A DNA stretch of 64,000 nt from Auanema rhodensis (taxonomy: Eukaryota > Animalia > Nematoda), in assembly GCA_964057225.1 (NCBI GenBank), contig OZ059900.1, positions 1,054,001 through 1,118,000 on the forward strand, in the 5' to 3' direction. Under the pieces are notes generated by a model, which was not told where the DNA came from, made no database searches, and saw only the letters and a list, made by a program, of their open reading frames with translations. The translations under genes were made by a program, and so were the position numbers. This document shows positions 12,401 through 27,690 of this stretch, piece by piece (positions within the stretch are counted from its first letter, which is position 1; each line of letters opens with the position of its first letter).

Positions 12401-15400
12401 TTCATTTTGATCAAAAAAGGTCGAAAATAGAAAGAATTTTTGAAATTTCCGAGTTTTGAGTCTAATTTGGCTAAATCGCTCATATATATGATCAGAAGCA
12501 TAGTTTTATTGTCTATGACAACAAAAATCATCAATTAAACGCTAGTGATGTTTAAATACTGATTTTCGCTCAAATAGCATTACTACACTAAGTATGGTCG
12601 TTTTTATGCCTTTAACACCATATACTCACCGATTTTTGGTACAAAATCTGTAATACTTGTAAATTTTGATCATATTCGTTAAGATTTGAGAATCAAACAT
12701 ACAATACACAAAATCAGTCTATTTTTATGAGCTTGCACTGATATATAATATATTCATTTTGATCAAAAAAGGTCGAAAATAGAAAGAATTTTTGAAATTT
12801 CCGAGTTTTGAGTCTAATTTGGCTAAATCGCTCATATATATGATCAGAAGCATAGTTTTATTGTCTATGACAACAAAAATCATCAATTAAACGCTAGTGA
12901 TGTTTAAATACTGATTTTCGCTCAAATAGCATTACTACACTAAGTATGGTCGTTTTTATGCCTTTAACACCATATACTCACCGATTTTTGGTACAAAATC
13001 TGTGATACTCGTAAATTTTGATCATATTCGTTAAGATTCGAGTATCAAACAAACATTACACAAAATCAGTCTATTTTTATGAGCTTGCACTGATATATAT
13101 TCATTTTGATCAAAAAAGGTCGAAAATAGAAAGAATTTTTGAAATTTCCGAGTTTTGAGTCTAATTTGGCTAAATCGCTCATATATATGATCAGAAGCAT
13201 AGTTTTATTGTCTATGACAACAAAAATCATCAATTAAACGCTAGTGATGTTTAAATACTGATTTTCGCTCAAATAGCATTACTACACTAAGTATGGTCGT
13301 TTTTATGCCTTTAACACCATATACTCACCGATTTTTGGTACAAAATCTGTAATACTTGTAAATTTTGATCATATTCGTTAAGATTCGAGAATCAAACACA
13401 TAATACACGAAATAAGTCTATTTTTACAAGTTTGCACTGATATTTATTCATTTTGAACAAAAAAGATCGAAAATAGAAAGAATTTTTGAAATTTCCGAGT
13501 TTTGAGTCCAATTTGGCTAAATCGCTCATATATATGATCAAAAGCATAGTTTTATTGTCTATAACAACAAAAGTCATCAATTAAACGCTAGTGATGTTTT
13601 AATACTGAATTTCGCTCAAATAGCATTACTACACTAAGTATGGTCGTTTTTATGCCTTTAACACCATATACTCACCGATTTTTGGTACAAAATCTGTGAT
13701 ACTCGTAAATTTTGATCATATTCGGTGAGATTCGAGAATCAAACACACAATACACGAAATAAGTTTATTTTGACGAGTTTGCACTGATATTTATTCATTT
13801 TGATCAAAAAAGGTCGAAAATAGAAAGATTTTTTGAAATTTCCGAGTTTTGAGTCTAATTTGGCTAAATCGCTCATATATATGATCAGAAGCATAGATGT
13901 ATTGTCTATGACAACAAAAGTCATTAATTGAACACTAATGATGTTTAAATCACTGAATTTCGCTCAAATAGCATTACTACACTAAGTATGGTCGTTTTTA
14001 TGCCTTTAACACCATATACTCACCGATTTTTGGTACAAAATCTGTGATACTCGTAAATTTTGATCATATTCGTTAAGATTCGAGTATCAAACAAACATTA
14101 CACAAAATCAGTCTATTTTTATGAGCTTGCACTGATATATATTCATTTTGATCAAAAAAGGTCGAAAATAGAAAGAATTTTTGAAATTTACGAGTTTTGA
14201 GTCTAATTTGGCTAAATCGCTCATATATATGATCAGAAGCATAGTTTTATTGTATATGACAACAAAAGTCATTAATTAAACACTAATAATGTTTAAATCA
14301 CTAAATTTCGCTCAAATAGCATTACTACACTAAGTATGGTCGTTTTTATACCTTCAACACCATATACTCACCGATTTTTGGTACAAAATCTGTGATACTC
14401 GTAAATTTCGATCATATTCGTTAAGATTCGAGAATCAAACACACAATACACGAAATGAGTTTATTTTTACGAGTTTGCACTGATATTTATTCATTTTGAT
14501 CAAAAAAGGTCGAAAATAGAAAGAATTTTTGAATTTTCCGAGTTTTGAGTCCAATTGGGCTAAATCGCTCATATATATGATCAAAAGCATAGTTTTACTG
14601 TCTATGATAACAAAAGTCTTCAAATATACACTAGTAATGATTAAATCACTGAATTTCACTCAAATAGCATTACTACACTAAGTATGGTCGTTTTTATGCC
14701 TTTAACACCATATACTCACCGATTTTTGATACAAAATCTGTAATACTTGTAAATTTTGATCATATTCGTTAAGATTTGAGAATCAAACATACAATACACA
14801 AAATCAGTCTATTTTTATGAGCTTGCACTGATATATATTCATTTTGATCAAAAAAGGTCGAAAATAGAAAGAATTTTTGAAATTTCCGAGTTTTGAGTCT
14901 AATTTGGCTAAATCGCTCATATATATGATCAGAAGCATAGTTTTATTGTCTATGACAACAAAAATCATCAATTAAACGCTAGTGATGTTTAAATACTGAT
15001 TTTCGCTCAAATAGCATTACTACACTAAGTATGGTCGTTTTTATGCCTTTAACACCATATACTCACCGATTTTTGGTACAAAATCTGTAATACTTGTAAA
15101 TTTTGATCATATTCGTTAAGATTCGAGAATCAAACACATAATACACGAAATAAGTCTATTTTTACAAGTTTGCACTGATATTTATTCATTTTGAACAAAA
15201 AAGATCGAAAATAGAAAGAATTTTTGAAATTTCCGAGTTTTGAGTCCAATTTGGCTAAATCGCTCATATATATGATCAAAAGCATAGTTTTATTGTCTAT
15301 AACAACAAAAGTCATCAATTAAACGCTAGTGATGTTTTAATACTGAATTTCGCTCAAATAGCATTACTACACTAAGTATGGTCGTTTTTATGCCTTTAAC

Positions 15401-17190
15401 ACCATATACTCACCGATTTTTGGTACAAAATCTGTAATACTTGTAAATTTTGATCATATTCGTTAAGATTCGAGAATCAAACACATAATACACGAAACAA
15501 GTCTATTTTTATAAGTTTGCACTGATATTTATTCATTTTGATCAAAAAAGATCGAAAATAGAAAGATTTTTTGAAATTTCCGAGTTTTGAGTCTAATTTG
15601 GCTAAATCGCTCATATATATGATCAGAAGCATAGATGTATTGTCTATGACAACAAAAGTCATTAATTGAACACTAATGATGTTTAAATCACTGAATTTCG
15701 CTCAAATAGCATTACTACACTAAGGATGGTCGTTTTTATGCCTTTAACACCATATACTCACCGATTTTTGGTACAAAATCTGTGATACTCGTAAATTTTG
15801 ATCATATTCGTTAAGATTCAAGAATCAAACACACAATACACGAAATAAGTTCATTTTTACAAGTTTGCACTGATATTTATTCATTTTGATCAAAAAAGGT
15901 CGAAAATAGAAAGAATTTTTGAAATTTACGAGTTTTGAGTCTAATTTGGCTAAATCGCTCATATATATGATCAGAAGCATAGTTTTATTGTCTATGACAA
16001 CAAAAGTCATTAATTAAACACTAATGATGTTTAAATACTGATTTTCGCTCAAATAGCATTACTACACTAAGTATGGTCGTTTTTATACCTTCAACACCAT
16101 ATACTCACCGATTTTTGGTACAAAATCTGTGATACTCGTAAATTTCGATCATATTCGTTAAGATTCGAGAATCAAACACACAATACACGAAATGAGTTTA
16201 TTTTCACGAGTTTGCACTGATATTTATTCATTTTGATCAAAAAAGGTCGAAAATAGAAAGAATTTTTGAATTTTCCGAGTTTTGAGTCCAATTGGGCTAA
16301 ATCGCTCATATATATGATCAAAAGCATAGTTTTACTGTCTATGATAACAAAAGTCTTCAAATATACACTAGTAATGATTAAATCACTGAATTTCACTCAA
16401 ATAGCATTACTACACTAAGTATGGTCGTTTTTATGCCTTTAACACCATATACTCACCGATTTTTGGTACAAAATCTGTGATACTCGTAAATTTTGATCAT
16501 ATTCGGTGAGATTCGAGAATCAAACACACAATACACGAAATAAGTTTATTTTGACGAGTTTGCACTGATATTTATTCATTTTGATCAAAAAAGGTCGAAA
16601 ATAGAAAGATTTTTTGAAATTTCCGAGTTTTGAGTCCAATTTGGCTAAATCGCTCATATATATGATCAAAAGCATAGTTTTATTGTCTATAACAACAAAA
16701 GTCATCAATTAAACGCTAGTGATGTTTTAATACTGAATTTCGCTCAAATAGCATTACTACACTAAGTATGGTCGTTTTTATGCCTTTAACACCATATACT
16801 CACCGATTTTTGGTACAAAATCTGTAATACTTGTAAATTTTGATCATATTCGTTAAGATTCGAGAATCAAACACATAATGCACGAAATAAGTCTATTTTT
16901 ATGAGCTTGCACTGATATTTATTCATTTTGATCAAAAAAGATCGAAAATAGAAAGAATTTTTGAAATTTCCGAGTTTTGAGTCCAATTTGGCTAAATCGC
17001 TCATATATATGATCAGAAGCATAGTTTTATTGTCTATGACAACAAAAATCATCAATTAAACGCTAGTGATGTTTAAATACTGATTTTCGCTCAAATAGCA
17101 TTACTACACTAAGTATGGTCGTTTTTATGCCTTTAACACCATATACTCACCGATTTTTGGTACAAAATCTGTAATACTTGTAAATTTTGA
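6480..17190. repeat. 16-monomer HOR, period 5562 bp, containing a diverged nested 5-mer (1737/1738 bp)
   Basis: Offsets 7830->13392, 8873->14435, 10610->16172 and 11305->16867 are 5562. The 5-bp ATATA duplication is at 7181 and 12743. The nested unit shows as 7830->9568, 8177->9915 and 8873->10610. Confidence 0.92.
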
Positions 17191-17249
17191 TCATATTCGT
17201 TAAGATTCGAGAATCAAACACTCAATACACGAAATAAGTTTATTTTGAC

Positions 17250-20200
17250 GAGTTTGCACTGATATTTATTCATTTTGATCAAAAAAGGTCGAAAATAGAA
17301 AGATTTTTTGAAATTTCCGAGTTTTGAGTCTAATTTGGCTAAATCGCTCATATATATGATCAGAAGCATAGATGTATTGTCTATGACAACAAAAGTCATT
17401 AATTGAACACTAATGATGTTTAAGTCACTGAATTTCGCTCAAATAGCATTACTACACTAAGGATGGTCGTTTTTATGCCTTTAACACCATATACTCACCG
17501 ATTTTTGGTACAAAATCTGTGATACTCGTAAATTTTGATCATATTCGTTAAGATTCAAGAATCAAACACACAATACACGAAATAAGTTCATTTTTACAAG
17601 TTTGCACTGATATTTATTCATTTTGATCAAAAAAGGTCGAAAATAGAAAGAATTTTTGAAATTTCCGAGTTTTGAGTCTAATTTGGCTAAATCGCTCATA
17701 TACATGATCAGAAGCATAGTTTTATTGTCTTTGACAACAAAAGTCATCAATTAAACGCTAGTGATGTTTTAATACTGAATTTCGCTCAAATAGCATTACT
17801 ACACTAAGTATGGTCGTTTTTATGCCTTTAACACCATATACTCACCGATTTTTGGTACAAAATCTGTAATACTTGTAAATTTCGATCATATTCGTTAAGA
17901 TTCGAGAATCAAACACACAATACACGAAATAAGTCTATTTTTACAAGTTTGCACTGATATTTATTCATTTTGATCAAAAAAGGTCGAAAATAGAAAGAAT
18001 TTTTGAAATTTCCGAGTTTTGAGTCCAATTTGGCTAAATCGCTCATATATATGATCAAAAGCATAGTTCTGTTGTCTATAACAACAAAAGTCTTCAATTA
18101 AACGCTAGTGATGTTTTAATACTGAATTTCGCTCAAATAGCATTACTACACTAAGTATGGTCGTTTTTATGCCTTTAACACCATATACTCACCGATTTTT
18201 GGTACAAAATCTGTAATACTCGTAAATTTTGATCATATTCGTTAAGATTTGAGAATCAAACATACAATACACGAAATCAGTCTATTTTTATGAGCTTGCA
18301 CTGATATATATTCATTTTGATCAAAAAAGGTCGAAAATAGAAAGAATTTTTGAAATTTCCGAGTTTTGAGTCTAATTTGGCTAAATCGCTCATATATATG
18401 ATCAGAAGCATAGTTTTATTGTCTATGACAACAAAAATCATCAATTAAACGCTAGTGATGTTTAAATACTGATTTTCGCTCAAATAGCATTACTACACTA
18501 AGTATGGTCGTTTTTATGCCTTTAACACCATATACTCACCGATTTTTGGTACAAAATCTGTAATACTTGTAAATTTTGATCATATTCGTTAAGATTTGAG
18601 AATCAAACATACAATACACAAAATCAGTCTATTTTTATGAGCTTGCACTGATATATAATATATTCATTTTGATCAAAAAAGGTCGAAAATAGAAAGAATT
18701 TTTGAAATTTCCGAGTTTTGAGTCTAATTTGGCTAAATCGCTCATATATATGATCAGAAGCATAGTTTTATTGTCTATGACAACAAAAATCATCAATTAA
18801 ACGCTAGTGATGTTTAAATACTGATTTTCGCTCAAATAGCATTACTACACTAAGTATGGTCGTTTTTATGCCTTTAACACCATATACTCACCGATTTTTG
18901 GTACAAAATCTGTGATACTCGTAAATTTTGATCATATTCGTTAAGATTCGAGTATCAAACAAACATTACACAAAATCAGTCTATTTTTATGAGCTTGCAC
19001 TGATATATATTCATTTTGATCAAAAAAGGTCGAAAATAGAAAGAATTTTTGAATTTTCCGAGTTTTGAGTCCAATTGGGCTAAATCGCTCATATATATGA
19101 TCAAAAGCATAGTTTTACTGTCTATGATAACAAAAGTCTTCAAATATACACTAGTAATGATTAAATCACTGAATTTCACTCAAATAGCATTACTACACTA
19201 AGTATGGTCGTTTTTATGCCTTTAACACCATATACTCACCGATTTTTGATACAAAATCTGTAATACTTGTAAATTTTGATCATATTCGTTAAGATTTGAG
19301 AATCAAACATACAATACACAAAATCAGTCTATTTTTATGAGCTTGCACTGATATATATTCATTTTGATCAAAAAAGGTCGAAAATAGAAAGAATTTTTGA
19401 AATTTCCGAGTTTTGAGTCTAATTTGGCTAAATCGCTCATATATATGATCAGAAGCATAGTTTTATTGTCTATGACAACAAAAATCATCAATTAAACGCT
19501 AGTGATGTTTAAATACTGATTTTCGCTCAAATAGCATTACTACACTAAGTATGGTCGTTTTTATGCCTTTAACACCATATACTCACCGATTTTTGGTACA
19601 AAATCTGTAATACTTGTAAATTTTGATCATATTCGTTAAGATTCGAGAATCAAACACATAATACACGAAATAAGTCTATTTTTACAAGTTTGCACTGATA
19701 TTTATTCATTTTGAACAAAAAAGATCGAAAATAGAAAGAATTTTTGAAATTTCCGAGTTTTGAGTCCAATTTGGCTAAATCGCTCATATATATGATCAAA
19801 AGCATAGTTTTATTGTCTATAACAACAAAAGTCATCAATTAAACGCTAGTGATGTTTTAATACTGAATTTCGCTCAAATAGCATTACTACACTAAGTATG
19901 GTCGTTTTTATGCCTTTAACACCATATACTCACCGATTTTTGGTACAAAATCTGTGATACTCGTAAATTTTGATCATATTCGGTGAGATTCGAGAATCAA
20001 ACACACAATACACGAAATAAGTTTATTTTGACGAGTTTGCACTGATATTTATTCATTTTGATCAAAAAAGGTCGAAAATAGAAAGATTTTTTGAAATTTC
20101 CGAGTTTTGAGTCTAATTTGGCTAAATCGCTCATATATATGATCAGAAGCATAGATGTATTGTCTATGACAACAAAAGTCATTAATTGAACACTATTGAT

Positions 20201-22730
20201 GTTTAAATCACTGAATTTCGCTCAAATAGCATTACTACACTAAGTATGGTCGTTTTTATGCCTTTAACACCATATACTCACCGATTTTTGGTACAAAATC
20301 TGTGATACTCGTAAATTTTGATCATATTCGTTAAGATTCGAGTATCAAACAAACATTACACAAAATCAGTCTATTTTTATGAGCTTGCACTGATATATAT
20401 TCATTTTGATCAAAAAAGGTCGAAAATAGAAAGAATTTTTGAAATTTACGAGTTTTGAGTCTAATTTGGCTAAATCGCTCATATATATGATCAGAAGCAT
20501 AGTTTTATTGTATATGACAACAAAAGTCATTAATTAAACACTAATAATGTTTAAATCACTAAATTTCGCTCAAATAGCATTACTACACTAAGTATGGTCG
20601 TTTTTATACCTTCAACACCATATACTCACCGATTTTTGGTACAAAATCTGTGATACTCGTAAATTTCGATCATATTCGTTAAGATTCGAGAATCAAACAC
20701 ACAATACACGAAATGAGTTTATTTTTACGAGTTTGCACTGATATTTATTCATTTTGATCAAAAAAGGTCGAAAATAGAAAGAATTTTTGAATTTTCCGAG
20801 TTTTGAGTCCAATTGGGCTAAATCGCTCATATATATGATCAAAAGCATAGTTTTACTGTCTATGATAACAAAAGTCTTCAAATATACACTAGTAATGATT
20901 AAATCACTGAATTTCACTCAAATAGCATTACTACACTAAGTATGGTCGTTTTTATGCCTTTAACACCATATACTCACCGATTTTTGATACAAAATCTGTA
21001 ATACTTGTAAATTTTGATCATATTCGTTAAGATTTGAGAATCAAACATACAATACACAAAATCAGTCTATTTTTATGAGCTTGCACTGATATATATTCAT
21101 TTTGATCAAAAAAGGTCGAAAATAGAAAGAATTTTTGAAATTTCCGAGTTTTGAGTCTAATTTGGCTAAATCGCTCATATATATGATCAGAAGCATAGTT
21201 TTATTGTCTATGACAACAAAAATCATCAATTAAACGCTAGTGATGTTTAAATACTGATTTTCGCTCAAATAGCATTACTACACTAAGTATGGTCGTTTTT
21301 ATGCCTTTAACACCATATACTCACCGATTTTTGGTACAAAATCTGTAATACTTGTAAATTTTGATCATATTCGTTAAGATTCGAGAATCAAACACATAAT
21401 ACACGAAATAAGTCTATTTTTACAAGTTTGCACTGATATTTATTCATTTTGAACAAAAAAGATCGAAAATAGAAAGAATTTTTGAAATTTCCGAGTTTTG
21501 AGTCCAATTTGGCTAAATCGCTCATATATATGATCAAAAGCATAGTTTTATTGTCTATAACAACAAAAGTCATCAATTAAACGCTAGTGATGTTTTAATA
21601 CTGAATTTCGCTCAAATAGCATTACTACACTAAGTATGGTCGTTTTTATGCCTTTAACACCATATACTCACCGATTTTTGGTACAAAATCTGTAATACTT
21701 GTAAATTTTGATCATATTCGTTAAGATTCGAGAATCAAACACATAATACACGAAACAAGTCTATTTTTATAAGTTTGCACTGATATTTATTCATTTTGAT
21801 CAAAAAAGATCGAAAATAGAAAGATTTTTTGAAATTTCCGAGTTTTGAGTCTAATTTGGCTAAATCGCTCATATATATGATCAGAAGCATAGATGTATTG
21901 TCTATGACAACAAAAGTCATTAATTGAACACTAATGATGTTTAAATCACTGAATTTCGCTCAAATAGCATTACTACACTAAGGATGGTCGTTTTTATGCC
22001 TTTAACACCATATACTCACCGATTTTTGGTACAAAATCTGTGATACTCGTAAATTTTGATCATATTCGTTAAGATTCAAGAATCAAACACACAATACACG
22101 AAATAAGTTCATTTTTACAAGTTTGCACTGATATTTATTCATTTTGATCAAAAAAGGTCGAAAATAGAAAGAATTTTTGAAATTTACGAGTTTTGAGTCT
22201 AATTTGGCTAAATCGCTCATATATATGATCAGAAGCATAGTTTTATTGTCTATGACAACAAAAGTCATTAATTAAACACTAATGATGTTTAAATACTGAT
22301 TTTCGCTCAAATAGCATTACTACACTAAGTATGGTCGTTTTTATACCTTCAACACCATATACTCACCGATTTTTGGTACAAAATCTGTGATACTCGTAAA
22401 TTTCGATCATATTCGTTAAGATTCGAGAATCAAACACACAATACACGAAATGAGTTTATTTTCACGAGTTTGCACTGATATTTATTCATTTTGATCAAAA
22501 AAGGTCGAAAATAGAAAGAATTTTTGAATTTTCCGAGTTTTGAGTCCAATTGGGCTAAATCGCTCATATATATGATCAAAAGCATAGTTTTACTGTCTAT
22601 GATAACAAAAGTCTTCAAATATACACTAGTAATGATTAAATCACTGAATTTCACTCAAATAGCATTACTACACTAAGTATGGTCGTTTTTATGCCTTTAA
22701 CACCATATACTCACCGATTTTTGGTACAAA
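17250..22730. repeat. Rearranged third copy of the ~5.8-10.9 kb block
   Basis: 6090->17562 and 6437->17909 are offset 11472, with the ATATA duplication again at 18653. After a chimeric monomer at ~18953 the offset becomes 11820 (7830->19650, 8873->20693, 10610->22430). Confidence 0.85.
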
Positions 22731-25700
22731 ATCTGTAATACTTGTAAATTTCGATCATATTCGTTAAGATTTGAGAATCAAACACATAATACACGAAATA
22801 AGTCTATTTTTACAAGTTTGCACTGATATTTATTCATTTTGATCAAAATAGGTCGAAAATAGAAAGAATTTTTGAAATTTACGAGTTTTGAGTCCAATTT
22901 GGCTAAATCGCTCATATATATGATCAAAAGCATAGTTCTATTGTCTATAACAACAAAAGTCTTCAATTAAACGCTAGTGATGTTTTAATATTGAATTTCG
23001 CTCAAATAGCATTACTACACTAAGTATGGTCGTTTTTATGCCTTTAACACCATATACTCACCGATTTTTGGTACAAAATCTGTAATACTCGTAAATTTTG
23101 ATCATATTCGTTAAGATTTGAGAATCAAACATACAATACACGAAATCAGTCTATTTTTATGAGCTTGCACTGATATATATTCATTTTGATCAAAAAAGGT
23201 CGAAAATAGAAAGAATTTTTGAAATTTACGAGTTTTGAGTCTAATTTGGCTAAATCGCTCATATATATGATCAGAAGCATAGTTTTATTGTCTATGACAA
23301 CAAAAATCATCAATTAAACGCTAGTGATGTTTAAATACTGATTTTCGCTCAAATAGCATTACTACACTAAGTATGGTCGTTTTTATGCCTTTAACACCAT
23401 ATACTCACCGATTTTTGGTACAAAATCTGTAATACTTGTAAATTTTGATCATATTCGTTAAGATTCGAGAATCAAACACATAATACACGAAATAAGTCTA
23501 TTTTTACAAGTTTGCACTGATATTTATTCATTTTGATCAAAAAAGATCGAAAATAGAAAGAATTTTTGAAATTTCCGAGTTTTGAGTCCAATTGGGCTAA
23601 ATCGCTCATATATATGATCAAAAGCATAGTTTTACTGTCTATGATAACAAAAGTCTTCAAATATACACTAGTAATGATTAAATCACTGAATTTCACTCAA
23701 ATAGCATTACTACACTAAGTATGGTCGTTTTTATGCCTTTAACACCATATACTCACCGATTTTTGGTACAAAATCTGTAATACTTGTAAATTTCGATCAT
23801 ATTCGTTAAGATTTGAGAATCAAACACATAATACACGAAATAAGTCTATTTTTACAAGTTTGCACTGATATATATTCATTTTGATCAAAAAAGGTCGAAA
23901 ATAGAAAGAATTTTTGAAATTTCCGAGTTTTGAGTCTAATTTGGCTAAATCGCTCATATATATGATCAGAAGCATAGTTTTATTGTCTATGACAACAAAA
24001 ATCATCAATTAAACGCTAGTGATGTTTAAATACTGATTTTCGCTCAAATAGCATTACTACACTAAGTATGGTCGTTTTTATGCCTTTAACACCATATACT
24101 CACCGATTTTTGGTACAAAATCTGTAATACTTGTAAATTTTGATCATATTCGGTGAGATTCGAGAATCAAACACACAATACACGAAATAAGTCTATTTTT
24201 ACAAGTTTGCACTGATATTTATTCATTTTGATCAAAAAAGGTCGAAAATAGAAAGAATTTTTGAAATTTCCGAGTTTTGAGTCTAATTTGGCTAAATCGC
24301 TCATATACATGATCAAAAGCATAGTTTTATTGTCTATGACAACAAAAGTCTTCAATTAAACGCTAGTGATGTTTTAATACTGAATTTCGCTCAAATAGCA
24401 TTACTACACTAAGTATGGTCGTTTTTATGCCTTTAACACCATATACTCACCGATTTTTGGTACAAAATCTGTGATACTCGTAAATTTCGATCATATTCGT
24501 TAAGATTCGAGAATCAAACACACAATACACGAAATGAGTTTATTTTTACGAGTTTGCACTGATATTTATTCATTTTGATCAAAAAAGGTCGAAAATAGAA
24601 AGAATTTTTGAATTTTCCGAGTTTTGAGTCCAATTGGGCTAAATCGCTCATATATATGATCAAAAGCATAGTTTTACTGTCTATGATAACAAAAGTCTTC
24701 AAATATACACTAGTAATGATTAAATCACTGAATTTCACTCAAATAGCATTACTACACTAAGTATGGTCGTTTTTATGCCTTTAACACCATATACTCACCG
24801 ATTTTTGATACAAAATCTGTAATACTTGTAAATTTTGATCATATTCGTTAAGATTTGAGAATCAAACATACAATACACAAAATCAGTCTATTTTTATGAG
24901 CTTGCACTGATATATATTCATTTTGATCAAAAAAGGTCGAAAATAGAAAGAATTTTTGAAATTTCCGAGTTTTGAGTCTAATTTGGCTAAATCGCTCATA
25001 TATATGATCAGAAGCATAGTTTTATTGTCTATGACAACAAAAATCATCAATTAAACGCTAGTGATGTTTAAATACTGATTTTCGCTCAAATAGCATTACT
25101 ACACTAAGTATGGTCGTTTTTATGCCTTTAACACCATATACTCACCGATTTTTGGTACAAAATCTGTAATACTTGTAAATTTTGATCATATTCGTTAAGA
25201 TTCGAGAATCAAACACATAATACACGAAATAAGTCTATTTTTACAAGTTTGCACTGATATTTATTCATTTTGAACAAAAAAGATCGAAAATAGAAAGAAT
25301 TTTTGAAATTTCCGAGTTTTGAGTCCAATTTGGCTAAATCGCTCATATATATGATCAAAAGCATAGTTTTATTGTCTATAACAACAAAAGTCATCAATTA
25401 AACGCTAGTGATGTTTTAATACTGAATTTCGCTCAAATAGCATTACTACACTAAGTATGGTCGTTTTTATGCCTTTAACACCATATACTCACCGATTTTT
25501 GGTACAAAATCTGTAATACTTGTAAATTTTGATCATATTCGTTAAGATTCGAGAATCAAACACATAATACACGAAACAAGTCTATTTTTATAAGTTTGCA
25601 CTGATATTTATTCATTTTGATCAAAAAAGATCGAAAATAGAAAGATTTTTTGAAATTTCCGAGTTTTGAGTCTAATTTGGCTAAATCGCTCATATATATG

Positions 25701-27690
25701 ATCAGAAGCATAGATGTATTGTCTATGACAACAAAAGTCATTAATTGAACACTAATGATGTTTAAATCACTGAATTTCGCTCAAATAGCATTACTACACT
25801 AAGGATGGTCGTTTTTATGCCTTTAACACCATATACTCACCGATTTTTGGTACAAAATCTGTGATACTCGTAAATTTTGATCATATTCGTTAAGATTCAA
25901 GAATCAAACACACAATACACGAAATAAGTTCATTTTTACAAGTTTGCACTGATATTTATTCATTTTGATCAAAAAAGGTCGAAAATAGAAAGAATTTTTG
26001 AAATTTACGAGTTTTGAGTCTAATTTGGCTAAATCGCTCATATATATGATCAGAAGCATAGTTTTATTGTCTATGACAACAAAAGTCATTAATTAAACAC
26101 TAATGATGTTTAAATACTGATTTTCGCTCAAATAGCATTACTACACTAAGTATGGTCGTTTTTATACCTTCAACACCATATACTCACCGATTTTTGGTAC
26201 AAAATCTGTGATACTCGTAAATTTCGATCATATTCGTTAAGATTCGAGAATCAAACACACAATACACGAAATGAGTTTATTTTCACGAGTTTGCACTGAT
26301 ATTTATTCATTTTGATCAAAAAAGGTCGAAAATAGAAAGAATTTTTGAATTTTCCGAGTTTTGAGTCCAATTGGGCTAAATCGCTCATATATATGATCAA
26401 AAGCATAGTTTTACTGTCTATGATAACAAAAGTCTTCAAATATACACTAGTAATGATTAAATCACTGAATTTCACTCAAATAGCATTACTACACTAAGTA
26501 TGGTCGTTTTTATGCCTTTAACACCATATACTCACCGATTTTTGGTACAAAATCTGTAATACTTGTAAATTTCGATCATATTCGTTAAGATATGAGAATC
26601 AAACACATAATACACGAAATAAGTCTATTTTTACAAGTTTGCACTGATATTTATTCATTTTGATCAAAAAAGGTCGAAAATAGAAAGAATTTTTGAAATT
26701 TACGAGTTTTGAGTCCAATTTGGCTAAATCGCTCATATATATGATCAAAAGCATAGTTCTATTGTCTATAACAACAAAAGTCTTCAATTAAACGCTAGTG
26801 ATGTTTTAATATTGAATTTCGCTCAAATAGCATTACTACACTAAGTATGGTCGTTTTTATGCCTTTAACACCATATACTCACCGATTTTTGGTACAAAAT
26901 CTGTAATACTCGTAAATTTTGATCATATTCGTTAAGATTTGAGAATCAAACATACAATACACGAAATCAGTCTATTTTTATGAGCTTGCACTGATATATA
27001 TTCATTTTGATCAAAAAAGGTCGAAAATAGAAAGAATTTTTGAAATTTACGAGTTTTGAGTCTAATTTGGCTAAATCGCTCATATATATGATCAGAAGCA
27101 TAGTTTTATTGTCTATGACAACAAAAATCATCAATTAAACGCTAGTGATGTTTAAATACTGATTTTCGCTCAAATAGCATTACTACACTAAGTATGGTCG
27201 TTTTTATGCCTTTAACACCATATACTCACCGATTTTTGGTACAAAATCTGTAATACTTGTAAATTTTGATCATATTCGTTAAGATTCGAGAATCAAACAC
27301 ATAATACACGAAATAAGTCTATTTTTACAAGTTTGCACTGATATTTATTCATTTTGATCAAAAAAGATCGAAAATAGAAAGAATTTTTGAAATTTCCGAG
27401 TTTTGAGTCCAATTGGGCTAAATCGCTCATATATATGATCAAAAGCATAGTTTTACTGTCTATGATAACAAAAGTCTTCAAATATACACTAGTAATGATT
27501 AAATCACTGAATTTCACTCAAATAGCATTACTACACTAAGTATGGTCGTTTTTATGCCTTTAACACCATATACTCACCGATTTTTGGTACAAAATCTGTA
27601 ATACTTGTAAATTTCGATCATATTCGTTAAGATTTGAGAATCAAACACATAATACACGAAATAAGTCTATTTTTACAAGTTTGCACTGAT
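20620..27690. repeat. 11-monomer HOR, period 3821 bp
   Basis: 20693->24514, 21388->25209, 21735->25556, 22430->26251, 22778->26599 and 23472->27293 are all 3821 with matching variant order. Confidence 0.88.
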
